DNA of 64,000 nucleotides from Piromyces finnis finn (taxonomy: Eukaryota; Fungi; Neocallimastigomycota). The notes beneath the pieces were generated by a model, which ran no database searches, was not told the DNA's origin, and saw nothing but the letters and a program-made list of their open reading frames with translations. The DNA is taken from the NCBI GenBank assembly GCA_002104945.1, contig MCFH01000001.1, positions 124,001-188,000 on the forward strand, read 5' to 3'. The position numbers and the translations under genes were made by a program. How positions within the stretch are numbered: the first letter of the stretch is position 1; each line of letters begins with the position of its first letter. Below, piece by piece: positions 25,901 to 38,025 of this stretch.

Positions 25901-28107
25901 CTGTAGTCTACTGGGATATTATATAACATTTCATAGGGTACCTTCAAGTCATTTCCATTGTGAGGTAACCTGTTATGTATATAATTGGCAGTTCTGACTG
26001 CGTCTTCCCAGAATCTTCTACATAATTTAGCATCTTGCATCATAGTGGTAGCTGCATGGATTAGTACTCCATTAAACCTTTCAGCGCGTCCATTTTGTTG
26101 TGGATTATATGGTACAGTGAATTGTTGTGTAATACCATGAGTATCACAAAAATTTTTAAAATTTAAAGACTTATATTCTGTACCATTATCACTTCTTAAA
26201 TATGTAATATTCTTTTTAAATTCATTGGTAACTTTATTATACCATATTTTAAACGCGTTAAACGCGTCACTTTTATTTTTTATAAAAATTACCCATCCAT
26301 ATCTTGAATAATCATCTAAAAAGGTAATAAAATAATGATTACCGTATATAGATGACGCGTTAATGGGTCCAACTATATCAGTATGTACTAATTGAAGTAC
26401 TTCTGTACTTTTATTAGTAGAACTATGATATGGTTGATTTTTTAATTTTGATAATGAACATGTTTCACAAATATCTTTAATGTTTATATTTAATAATTTA
26501 TTTTCAATACTTTTGGCATGAAAATGACCTAATCTTCTATGCCAAAGATGTAATTTTTCATCATTATTTAACTTCCTAATTGAATAACAATACATTGGAT
26601 TTTGTATTTGGTAGTTAAATAATTTTGTCTTTGATATATAAACATTAAATATGTTATGTTCATCTTCTCTTGATACATATATATTATTTTTATTTTTATC
26701 TTGGATAAATGCTGTGGCAGCATTATTTATATATTTAAAATTTACATTAAGACCTTCTTTAACAAAATTTGAAATAGATATTAAATTCCTTTTAATATCT
26801 GGAACATATAAAACATTTTTTAAAATTATTTGTTCTTTATTAAAGTAGCCTTTTATGTTGCCTATATGTGTAGAATAACCAACTTCACCATCCGCATAGT
26901 AAATTGGTTCTTTATGTCTTTTAATTTTATATAATAATTTAATATCGTTTGTAAGGTGAACTGATGCTCCTGAATCTAGCATCCACATACTAAAGTTCCC
27001 TTTTGATTTTATAACCTTTTTATATTTTTTATTTGAAAAATTTACTTTTACAACACTGTTTGATTCTTTTTCATATGTAGAATCATAATCCACGTTGAAT
27101 AAATTTGGTGTTATATCCTTGTAGTTACTTCTTTGTTTTGTAACTACATCTGCATATTTCTTTTTATATTTTTTATTTTGTTTATTTTTATAATTTTTAT
27201 TGTTTGAATTATATTCTTTTGCTAATTTTTCTTTAAATATGCAGTTTCTTTCAATGTGGCCTCTTTTATTACAAAAATGACATATTATATCATTTTTATT
27301 TTTATTATTTTTATTTTTATAATTTGAAAATTTATTATTTTTATGATTATAATTATCATAATTTCCATAGCCACTTTCACTACTAAAAACTTGATTAAAT
27401 CCAAGCCTATTACTTCGTTCCCTTTCTTCTGACCTTTGAACAGACTGAACTCTATTTGATACATATTCTCTACATAAAGTCCAGTTACCTTCATAATCGA
27501 ATATATTTATCCATTGGTATTGTTTTGGCATAGCTCTGTATAAAACGGCGGCCTTTTCTTCTTCATCTATATGGACTCCCATGGATTCTAATGTTTCAAA
27601 TTTTAAATTTAGTTTATTTACAAAACTGGCTATACTATCTTGTGGGTTGTATTTCATTCTATTCACTTCTTTAATAAGGTCAGTTTTCTTACTGGATTGG
27701 TTTCCTATATATATACTTTCTAAAGTTTTCCATATTTGGTAACCAGTAAGTGTTCTACTTTGAACATCTTCAACTGATTTTGGTGCCAATGTACTTCTAA
27801 TAAACATTCTTACTTTATTATCAATAGCAAGAGTTTCATCTGTTACATTTTTATTATAGTACATGTTAGGCTCATGTGGGACTTCTTTATAATTTTCTTT
27901 TTCACTCTCTGATATATTCTTTATATATATCTTTGGAGTTTTATTTTCATCAATATATTCTTCCAAACCGCAGCATCTTAAAATATCTCTGACTTTGATC
28001 TGCCAAGCTTGAAAATTTTCTTTATTAAGTTCTATTTGGAATTTTCCTATAAAACTAGAAGGGTCCATATTTGAACTTAGTAGATTTTTATTTTTATTAT
28101 TAGACAT
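22998..28107 (-). CDS. gag-pol: Copia-2 Gag-Pol (Gag, PR, IN, RT, RH order); a +1 slip in an A8 run (23108-23115) cuts off the RNase H end
   Basis: CHFCNKRGHIERNC, MLDSGAS, WHRRLGH, HTDIVGP, SDNGTEY, YVDD. Removing one A restores IKLEYIKSLNNIADGFTK... to a stop at 22998. Confidence 0.9.
25180..25445 (-). repeat. 18-nt Asn-rich coding tandem repeat (NENNNL-like) in the IN-RT spacer
   Basis: Repeated TTTAAATT(A/G)TTATTTTCA-type units on the + strand. Confidence 0.85.
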
Positions 28108-28121
28108 TTTCTTGAGACAAT

Positions 28122-28135
28122 TGAGACTCTTAATC
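28122..28135 (-). promoter_or_regulatory. Copia-2 PBS, complementary to the tRNA-Lys(CTT) anticodon stem-loop
   Basis: Element strand GATTAAGAGTCTCA directly after the 5' LTR; its complement TGAGA-CT-CTT-AA-TC is a Lys(CTT) anticodon arm. Confidence 0.8.
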
Positions 28136-29692
28136 TTTTATGATTAAATATTATTATTATAATATTTTATATAACACCAACACTTTATAAATAAATATTT
28201 GTATAATATGTATATATATTATTTTATATTTATTTATTATTATTTATTTATTAATATTTGTTATTAATATTTATTATTATTTAATACAAGTTATTTAATA
28301 ATGTCTTTTCTTATATTATGAAAAGAACTACATTTTAATAATAGTAAAAAATATATATTTATATAATATTAAATAAAATTATACTTTTCATATAATTAAT
28401 TTAATTAATACATAAAAATTTAAATAATATATAATTATATAATTAATTAATAGTAAATAAAATATAAAATTATTTCATTATAATTTTAACAATTTTTAAA
28501 TTTTATTTTATATGAAGATTATTGATTGGTTAAGAATTTTAAGTTGAAAAAATTTTATAAATTAATTTAAAAAATTTTTAGTATAAATACGAGTGAATTT
28601 TCCCAAATATTTTAAAGAATCGAGATTTTATTAATAAATAATTATATTATTAAACACTAACTTATTAAGTTAAATTCTATGTGTTTTTAATGATATTTTT
28701 ATAAATTAATAATTTACAGAATATTTTAAAGTGTTAATATTACTAAGTTATTTAGTAAATATTATAATTTGTTTTATTGTTAAAGACACATTTCTTTACA
28801 ATAAAATCTCCTTATAATATAAAAGCTTAATACCTTAGTGTTTAAGAAATTGTTATAGATAAAACTTTTAAGTTTTATTGTTGAAGCTTTTCTTTAAAGA
28901 AATATTTTTACTTAAAGTAGTAGAATTAGTACGCTTTAGAAGCGGTATATAATTCAAACTATAAAAAGTAAAAGATTAACGGGATCGAGTTTAACCTGTA
29001 CAATAATTGAGTTGGCAGGCTCTGAGCTATTCTACTTTGAATAAGGAAGTAGGAGAATCCGAGGTACACCACGTACAAGACGCTGTAATAAGCAAGCTGG
29101 CGTGAGATTTATAGTTGTATACTATCTTTTGCTGTTTGATTATAGACCGGAAAATAGCCGGAAATGCCTTACTTTAATAAAATAATATTTCTTAATTAAT
29201 ACATTTTAAAATTAAGTTTTCTAATAAAACAATTTCTAATTTTTAATTATAATTATTAATTGTTAAGACAATTTATTAAAATTGTAATAATATAAAATAA
29301 TATTCTTTATAACTCCTTTAGCGTGAGAAGTTAAACTCTTATACATAATACTTCTACGTTCGGATAAGGTTGATATAGGGAAAGAAAACCTGTAATAATT
29401 TTTATTGCTAACAATAAGTTAGACACTAAAAAAAAATTTTTACACCGTTCCTTTCTTTTATTAATTTAATTAATATTAACAATCGACTTTATACGTGTTA
29501 TCGTGAAGAGCTACGAAGGACTTATTATAAAGAATAAAACAGGTTATATATTTGATGGTTTAACACTATATAATCTGGTTTATATTATTATTTAATAAAA
29601 AGATTTACTCAATTAATAAATATAATTAAATACTTTATTCTATTATTTTTACAAATTTATTAAAGCTTATTAAAGAAAACATCATAAGTACT

Positions 29693-32600
29693 ATGGAAGA
29701 GAACGAAAACAACCACATGGATAATAATAATATTTTCGAAAACGCAACTCTTAAGGATGGTTTTGCAGGGGATCACAGGTATCTGAAGGGTTTCTTAGCT
29801 AAGGTGGAGCTAGTGTTTATGCTATATCCTGAACGGTATCAAGACGACGCAACCAAAATTCTCTATATAATATCAAGACTTTATGGGGACGCTATGAATT
29901 GGGCTGCTACTCTTATAAACAACCATGATCCGTGTCTTAATAACTACCAAGCTTTTGTTGACAGGTTTAAGGCTTTTTATGGATATAACGATGCTACCTA
30001 TGTTGCAAATCAAATGCTTAGAACCTTAAAACAACGCCGATTAGGAGGAATTAGAGGATATATCTTGGAATTTAACCGCTATGCTGATGAATCAAACTGG
30101 AATGAACAAGCCAAAATGGATGCATTTATAGCTGGCCTTAATCAACAAGTTGCAGTTCGTATTTTGGAAATGTTTCCGGGTCCTAGGGATCTTCTTTCAT
30201 TACAGACTATTGCTTCAAGAATCGATTCAAGATTATCTACACATCATACCTTTTTCCCTTCTGGTTCAAACAATAACCAAAACCGAAAGAAAAGATCTTT
30301 TCATCACTCTTCAAAAATAACAAAGTCCATTACAAACAGGAATAACCATGGCCCTATCTCAAACGAAGAAAAGGAAAGAAGAAAGAAAGAAAATCTTTGT
30401 GTGTATTGTGGTGCTTCAAGTCATAAGCTTAATAATTGTCCAAAAAGAAAGAATAAAGATCGTGAAAATCCTTCACTAATATCTATTCCCACACTTATAT
30501 CCGCTCCTAAAGAAGAAAACAAAACTCATAATAAAATGACAACTAAATTTAAACTTTCTTATGAACTAAATACGGATATTCTTATTGACTCAGGATCCAA
30601 ACTTAATTTAATTGATGTAGATTACTGTAACGATAATAACATTCCTTATCATGATGACGGTAACCTACCAAATATCGTTGGTATCGGTGGTCGACAATCT
30701 CTTTTTGGAATTACATCTCCTTTGAATCTTCGCTACAAAGATCATCTCTGTCGAACACAATTCTATGTAACTGATCTACCTTATTATCCTTGTATTCTTG
30801 GAATAGACTGGCTTAAAGAACACAATCCTTCTATCGATTTCACAAAGAACAAAATTTCATTTGTATCCGATTACTGTTATAATCGTTGTATAACACTCTC
30901 CAATAATGTCCCTGAATTTCCTGAAGAAAGATCTGCTTTTCCTGCAATGGAAGATCCTTCCTACGAACCTCCGCATGATTCATTCGCTTACCCTATATTT
31001 GTCGATAAACAAAACATCCAATCTCAAAACGAAACTAATCGTACTTGTACTATTCTCTGTTCGGGTTCTTCAAAAAATATTAACAATTCTGTTTCTAAGA
31101 AGTCTTCTGTTAACTTTTCTACTTCGTCTCTCTCAAATCAAGAACCAACTTCTGTTTTGACTTCTTTTTCTGATTCTAATATTCAATCCAATTCTATTCT
31201 CAAATCCGATTCAAACTCTAAATCAGAACCTAATTCTTCTATTATACTTCCGGATGTTCTCTCTGACTTTGCTGATGTCTTCAATGAATCTAATGCTGAA
31301 AAACTTCCTCCACACCGTCCATACGATTGTGAAATAAAACTCAAAGAAAATTCAAAACTGTTTTATGGACCGATTTATCCCTTAACAGAAACCGAATCAA
31401 TTGCTTTAGAAGAATATATAAAAGAAAATCTCAAGAAAGGATTTATTAGAAAATCAAAATCGCCTGCGGGAGCTCCTATTCTGTTTGTACCTAAGAAAAA
31501 CGGTCAACTTCGTATGTGTGTTGACTATCGCCAATTAAACTCCATAACTATTCGTGATTCTTATCCCCTTCCTCTTATACAAGATATGCTTGAACATCTT
31601 GGAAAAGGGAAGATTTTCTCAAAATTGGATCTTCGTTCTGCCTATAACTTGGTCAGGATTAAAAGTGGTGATGAATATAAAACCGCTTTTACTTGCAAGT
31701 TAGGTCATTTTGAATACTGTGTGATGCCTTTTGGGTTGAAAAATGCACCTGCTGTTTTTCAACATTTCATTAATGATGTTCTTGAAGACGTTCTTGGTAA
31801 ATTCGCTTTCTCTTACATAGATGATATTATTATTTTTTCCTCTGATTATAAATCTCATATATCTCATGTCAAAACTGTTTTGAAACTCCTGAGGGATGCT
31901 GGGCTCTATGCTAAATTGGAAAAATGCGAGTTCTTTGTTTCTTTTATTGATTTCCTTGGTCATAGGATTTCTACTGATGGTATTCACATGGACCCAAATA
32001 AAGTTTCTTCTATTTTAAACTGGCCTACTCCATCTAATGTTAAAGAGGTTCAATCTTTTCTTGGTCTTGCGAACTACTACCGTCGATTTATTCCAAATTT
32101 TGCAAAGATCGCTCATCCTTTGCATAAACTTTTGAAGAAAAATGTTAAATTTGTATGGTCTAAAGAAGCTCAAGATGCTTTCGATTCACTCAAGTCCTTA
32201 TTTGTTTCTGCTCCTGTTCTTATATTTCCTAATCGTGAACTTCCATTCATAGTCGAAACTGATTCAAGTAACTTTGCCATTGGTGCTATTCTCTCGCAAG
32301 TCTCTCCAATTGATAATATGACCCATCCAGTTGCTTTCTTTTCTCGCTCTCTTACTGGTCCTGAACGTAATTATCCAATATATGATAAAGAGCTCTTAGC
32401 TATCGTTGCTGCTCTTGAAACATGGCGTCATCTACTTAAAGGCTCTTCTTCTACTTTTAAGATTTACTCGGATCATCGAAATTTACTCTATCAAAAGAAA
32501 CCTGAAAAAATGTCTCAACGTCTTGTTCGCTGGGCTTTGTTTCTCTCTGAATTTAACTTTGTTATTATTTATCGTTCTGGTTCTTCTAACGGTAAGCCTG

Positions 32601-34135
32601 ATGCTCTATCTCGTCGTCCTGATTATGCTATCAATTCGAATTCTTCTTCTGATGTTCCTTTTAATGTTCTTCGCCCTGAAAATTTTTGTGCCATTGTAAC
32701 TTCTGTTTCGTCCATTAGTAATTCTTTTCTTTCCGAATATATAAATGATGACTTTTACAATAAAATCTGTGAATATCTTGATTGTAGGAAACCTCCAATA
32801 CCTCATCCTCAAATTGACAAATTTTCCTTAAGCAATAGTTTTCTCCTTTTTACTGACAGAATCTATGTTCCTCCTAATTGTCGTCTTTCAATTCTTAAAC
32901 TCTGTCACGACTCTCCTTCAGCTGGTCATTTCGGAATAAAGAAAACATCTTCTCTTATTGCTAGAGACTTCTGGTGGCCTTCTATTTCTTCTGATGTTAA
33001 AGACTACGTTCGTTCTTGTGAAGTTTGTTGTCGTTCAAAATCCTTTCGTCATAAACCTTATGGTCTTCTGAATCCTCTTGATATTGCTGAGCGTCCTTGG
33101 TCATCTATTTCAATGGATTTCATTACAGATTTGCCTTCATCTTCTGGTTTCACTTGCATTCTTGTTGTTGTTGATCGTCTTACAAAAATGGTTCATCTCA
33201 TTCCGTTCAAAAGTATTCCTTCCGCCGCCGAAACAGCCACAGCCTTTATTGATAATATTTTCCGTCTTCATGGCCTACCTGAATCTATTGTCTCGGATAG
33301 AGGTTCTCAATTTACCTCTAAATTCTTCCAATCCATCTGTTCCTCCCTTGGCATTGAACTTAAGTTGTCTACTCCATTTCATCATCAATCAAACGGTCAG
33401 ACGGAGAGGGTGAACTCCGTTATAGAACAATATTTAAGATGTTTCTCAAATTATAAAGGTTCAAATTGGAAAAGTTTTCTTAGTCTTGCAGAATTTAGTT
33501 ATAACAACGTGGTTCAAGAATCATCCAAATTTTCTCCATTCTTTTTGAATTACGGCTTTCATCCAAAATATTCACCAGTTATTCCAGACTTATCTAAAGT
33601 CCCAAGAGCAGAAGAGTTTACAAGAGATTTTAAAACTTTAATTAATACCTTAAAAGAAAATTTAAAATCTGCCATGGAAACCCAGAAGAAGCATGCTGAC
33701 AAACGTAGAAAAGAAGCTCCGAATTTTAAAGTTGGTGACAAAGTTTGGCTGGATAGTTCTTTAATTATCCACAAAGGAAATAAAAAATTTAAGCCAAGAA
33801 AACTCGGCCCATACAAAATCTTGGAAAAAATATCAAATGTTACATTTAAATTAAGTCTCCCAAAATCTATTAAGATTCATCCAGTTATTCATGTATCCAA
33901 TCTCGAGAAATATGTCGAAGATAAATTTGGAAGATCTCAACCACCACCGCCACCTATTACCGTTGACAATGAAGAAGAATACGAAGTTGAAGAAATTCTG
34001 GATAAAAGAAGACATTACGGAAAAATACAATACCTGATTAAATGGAAAGGGTATTCAATCAATGAAGCTTCGTGGGAGCCTGAAGAAAATCTAAATTGCA
34101 AGGGGCTACTTAAAAAATTTAATAGAAAGAAATAA
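29693..34135 (+). CDS. gag-pol: Element J Gag-Pol, 1480 aa, with canonical C-terminal chromodomain
   Basis: [48 protein letters not shown]...YLIKWKGY...SWEPEENL. Confidence 0.97.
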   Translation: MEENENNHMDNNNIFENATLKDGFAGDHRYLKGFLAKVELVFMLYPERYQDDATKILYIISRLYGDAMNWAATLINNHDPCLNNYQAFVDRFKAFYGYNDATYVANQMLRTLKQRRLGGIRGYILEFNRYADESNWNEQAKMDAFIAGLNQQVAVRILEMFPGPRDLLSLQTIASRIDSRLSTHHTFFPSGSNNNQNRKKRSFHHSSKITKSITNRNNHGPISNEEKERRKKENLCVYCGASSHKLNNCPKRKNKDRENPSLISIPTLISAPKEENKTHNKMTTKFKLSYELNTDILIDSGSKLNLIDVDYCNDNNIPYHDDGNLPNIVGIGGRQSLFGITSPLNLRYKDHLCRTQFYVTDLPYYPCILGIDWLKEHNPSIDFTKNKISFVSDYCYNRCITLSNNVPEFPEERSAFPAMEDPSYEPPHDSFAYPIFVDKQNIQSQNETNRTCTILCSGSSKNINNSVSKKSSVNFSTSSLSNQEPTSVLTSFSDSNIQSNSILKSDSNSKSEPNSSIILPDVLSDFADVFNESNAEKLPPHRPYDCEIKLKENSKLFYGPIYPLTETESIALEEYIKENLKKGFIRKSKSPAGAPILFVPKKNGQLRMCVDYRQLNSITIRDSYPLPLIQDMLEHLGKGKIFSKLDLRSAYNLVRIKSGDEYKTAFTCKLGHFEYCVMPFGLKNAPAVFQHFINDVLEDVLGKFAFSYIDDIIIFSSDYKSHISHVKTVLKLLRDAGLYAKLEKCEFFVSFIDFLGHRISTDGIHMDPNKVSSILNWPTPSNVKEVQSFLGLANYYRRFIPNFAKIAHPLHKLLKKNVKFVWSKEAQDAFDSLKSLFVSAPVLIFPNRELPFIVETDSSNFAIGAILSQVSPIDNMTHPVAFFSRSLTGPERNYPIYDKELLAIVAALETWRHLLKGSSSTFKIYSDHRNLLYQKKPEKMSQRLVRWALFLSEFNFVIIYRSGSSNGKPDALSRRPDYAINSNSSSDVPFNVLRPENFCAIVTSVSSISNSFLSEYINDDFYNKICEYLDCRKPPIPHPQIDKFSLSNSFLLFTDRIYVPPNCRLSILKLCHDSPSAGHFGIKKTSSLIARDFWWPSISSDVKDYVRSCEVCCRSKSFRHKPYGLLNPLDIAERPWSSISMDFITDLPSSSGFTCILVVVDRLTKMVHLIPFKSIPSAAETATAFIDNIFRLHGLPESIVSDRGSQFTSKFFQSICSSLGIELKLSTPFHHQSNGQTERVNSVIEQYLRCFSNYKGSNWKSFLSLAEFSYNNVVQESSKFSPFFLNYGFHPKYSPVIPDLSKVPRAEEFTRDFKTLINTLKENLKSAMETQKKHADKRRKEAPNFKVGDKVWLDSSLIIHKGNKKFKPRKLGPYKILEKISNVTFKLSLPKSIKIHPVIHVSNLEKYVEDKFGRSQPPPPPITVDNEEEYEVEEILDKRRHYGKIQYLIKWKGYSINEASWEPEENLNCKGLLKKFNRKK

Positions 34136-34439
34136 AAAATAGTTAAAAAATTCAAATTATATTTATTATTAATATTAAAATCACAATTATTATTATTATC
34201 AAAACTTATTAATATCATTATCAATATCAATTTTATTATTAAACAATTTATTAATATCAAATTTATCAATATTTTATTTTTAACTTTAGTAATATTAAAA
34301 AAAAAAATGTATTTTATTATATTAAATGTATTTTTATAATTAAGAAAATTCACTCCTTAGTTTAGTTTATTAAAAAAGAAAAATATATATTTAAATATTA
34401 AAATTCTAGATTCGTCTGGTATCCAAATCCTGGAGGAGG

Positions 34440-35274
34440 TGTAAAATATTGTATTAATAGAATAATGTATTTAATACGTATTTAAAATAATGTATAATGT
34501 ATTAAATTAATGTACCGTAAATTTTATTCTTTAATTACAAAAATTTATATCACAATATATTAACATAAATTTATGTAAATTTTATTTTTTAATTACAAAA
34601 ATTTATATCACAATACATTAACATAAATTTATGTAAAATACAATTTTATGATAAGATAAAGTTTTTGATGATAAAATAAAATTTTAAATTAAATAAATTT
34701 TAACCAATAAATATTTTAGATAGTAAAAAATTTTTTTTTATAAACTAAGCCTCAAAATTAGAAATAAATAAATTGAATATATGTTTGAAATATAATCAAC
34801 CATATAGTAAATAAATCAAAACTTTATTTTAAGTTTAGAAAATTCTTTAGTAAATAAATTGAATTTAAATAGTTTAATACAAATAATTTCTTTTAATAAA
34901 TGTATAAATGTAAACAATGTAAAATTATAATATTAAAACATGTATATTAGAATTTATTCAATTTATTTAAAAAGTATAAATAAAGAAAATTTTTCAACTA
35001 TTGAAACGATAGTTGGAAAATCGTATAGGTTAATTTAGTTTAGATAAATTAATATTAGTTAATAATTAGTTTAGCTTTAATTAATAATTGATTACCTAGT
35101 GAGGGCTCTGGTAAAATAACCTTCACGGTAAAGTAATCAACGGTTGTTTTAGTTTTAGTTTAGTTTAGTTTAATATAATTTAATAAATAAAAAGTTTAAT
35201 AATAAATAAATTTATAACTAGTGTTAGTTTGATTTAGTGTATACAAACCTGAACTTAGCATATAATATTTTACA
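34440..35274. mobile_element. Solo LTR family D, copy D2, inserted in the PPT of J
   Basis: TSD GGAGG (34435-34439 / 35275-35279). Confidence 0.9.
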
Positions 35275-38025
35275 GGAGGACCATGTAATGAATTGTAAGA
35301 ATTAATAATTATTTTTTGTATAAATTAATTCTTATTTAATTATTTTTTAATTATTAAATTAATTATTTATTTAAACTATTAGCATACATTCATTTAAATT
35401 ACTATAAACATTTATCTATATTGATATTAATTATTCATTTACTTAATTTAAAATTTATTTAATTACTATATTAATTATTTATTTATTTAATTTAGTAATA
35501 TATTTAAAATAATAGTAAACATTCATTTATTTTTTAATTAATAATTTTTGTATTACATTTTATAAGAAACATTATATATTTTATTTTACGTTTGTATTTT
35601 ATATTTATGTATCGTATCTTGAAATAACTTATAGAAACAATTAGAAAATATAAATACATATTAGGACAATCGGATATTAAGGTTTTTCCGAATTTTAATC
35701 GGTTTTACTTAATATTACGATGATTGATATATTAGTTATCAATCGAATATCTTTTTAGGTTTTTCTTCTAGTCTTTTCCTAAAAAGATTATTTGTTAAGA
35801 TTAGAAATTCTTTATTAAACTTTAAATTATCAAAAAATTATAAATATAAGGACTCTGGAATTCCACTAAAGAATCCAGAGTTATTATTTTAAGACAATTA
35901 TAATAAATAACCCTTTCAAAAACTATATTCATAAAAAATATTTACATTAAAGATAGTCTTAATATTTTGTGTTTGTTATTATAATTCACTTATAATAAAC
36001 TCTTTAAGATAAGTATTCATTTTTATTTACTATTAAGAAACTTCTCAATTTAATAATACATATTACGATTTGTATTATTGTAAAAGTTTTACTAAACTTA
36101 TAATTTAATATTAAAATATTAAATTAAATAAAAGGTTAAAAGATAACTAGGTTAGAAAAAAAAATGTTTTATTAAAATAATCTTAATTGATTTATAAATG
36201 AATAATTATATTATGTATTATAGTTAAAATAATTCCTTTTTATTTTATTTAAAGAATATATATAATAATAAGATTATTTAATAGTAATACTTATTAAGTA
36301 TTAATAAGATAATAATCTTTACAAAGATTTAATTCATAAAACTATTCTAAACTATTTATACTATTTGTAATTTTACATTTAATACTAAAATAACTTTTCA
36401 ATACATGATTATATTCATAATATATTTTATAATACTTAAACTAAACTTAAGACTTATTCCTAATTATTAAAAAATAACTATTGTTTATAATATTCATAAT
36501 ATTAATTATTTCTTAATTATAATATAATTCATTGAATATAATATTAATAATTATAATCCTCTAGTTCAAAGATTATAGATTATGTTATTGAAATAATTAT
36601 TATAAAATAAAGTTAATTAGTTCCGGAAAATAATTTTAATTTAATTAAACAATAATTTTTTATACTTTGAGTGAATGATTTATATTTGATATATCAGGGG
36701 TGATCATTCTCTGAATAAACAATTAATCATTGCTAACAAAATATCTTTAAATTGGAATATCTCGTGAACCAGCAGAGATATTGACCTGATTTTAAGATAT
36801 GTTGTTTGTCTCGAGCGTGGCTTTCTAACGAACGTAATTATAACCAAAATATTTTTATTCAAAAATCGTCATTCGTTGAGGAGATACGCGTGTTTTTTCT
36901 TATTCCATTTTAACGATAAGGGTTAAAGTTATTTATTATAAAAATTATTAAGGGTTAAGGTCATATTTTAACCTTTTCTAAATTTTTAAATATTTCTTAA
37001 TAAAATTTTATAATTTATTTGAAAATAAAATATTTGTTGATTTTGAATTTTCATAAGTGATTTCACAATTCCAAGTGATCTTGAAATTGTAATTTCACTA
37101 GTATTCGTGACATCGCTCCGCCAAAAAAAATCGAATACCAGGCGATTGAAATAATATAAAATAAAGTTGTATAATAAAGTATAATTGAAATAAATTGAAG
37201 TAGTATATATTAAATATAAACCAATATATAGTTGTATGTGTAACATGAAATAAAATGGTAACTAAATAAAGAATATATTTAATATAATATGTTGAATATA
37301 TTGCAATATATGAAATAAAATTAAAAAACATTTTCTTGTGTAACATTCAGTCAAATTCATAAAATTTTTGAAAGAAATGTTGAAATTTAAATTGATCATT
37401 GAGTGAAAAAATTGAAATTCGTACGAAAAATTAAAATTTGAATAAGAAATATTATTCCTAGGATATTGAAACACTTTTTATTTTTGAAAAATGTTAACAT
37501 TTGCTAAAATAATTGAAATTTCAAAAATTGATCAAATAAACTTTAATTAATATGATTTTGAAAAAAAAAATTTTTGAAATTTTTGAAAAATTTTTAATAA
37601 TAAAAAATTTTTTCATTAAATACAAAAAAAATTTTGAACTAAACTTTTGAAAAAAGTCACTGAAAAATATTGATTTTAATGATCGATCGAGATAGTGACA
37701 ATATTGAAATTGATACTATTGAATAGAGAATAAAATAAGCATTAACAACATATAAATATTTGTAATTGTACTGCTAAAATAAATTGAAAATTATTCTCTT
37801 TAAATATTTAATTTTCATTATAAAAATTTTGTGTTTTAAATTAAATAAATTGATAAAATTGTTGGATCAAAAATTATTGAATTGAAATTTAACATTCATA
37901 GAAAAAAATTTTTGAAATTTGTGTTGAAATGTATTAGATGAGTAATACAAATTATAATAAAACATAATGTTAGTGAAAGATATTAATAAATTTTTAAAAA
38001 AATAAAATTGTTGCAATTTAAAGAA

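Larger units (their letters stand above)
22582..28491 (-). mobile_element. Ty1/Copia LTR retrotransposon (Copia-2), full length
   Basis: 356-bp LTRs 22582-22937 and 28136-28491, identical by eye; TSD ATTTT (22577-22581 / 28492-28496); PPT TGGGAGAA. The left boundary could alternatively be 22587. Confidence 0.93.

Noticed and set aside
37113-38025. Possible env or extra ORF in the ~0.9-kb F 3' region
   Set aside because: Only short low-complexity ORFs that run into the LTR; no recognisable motif
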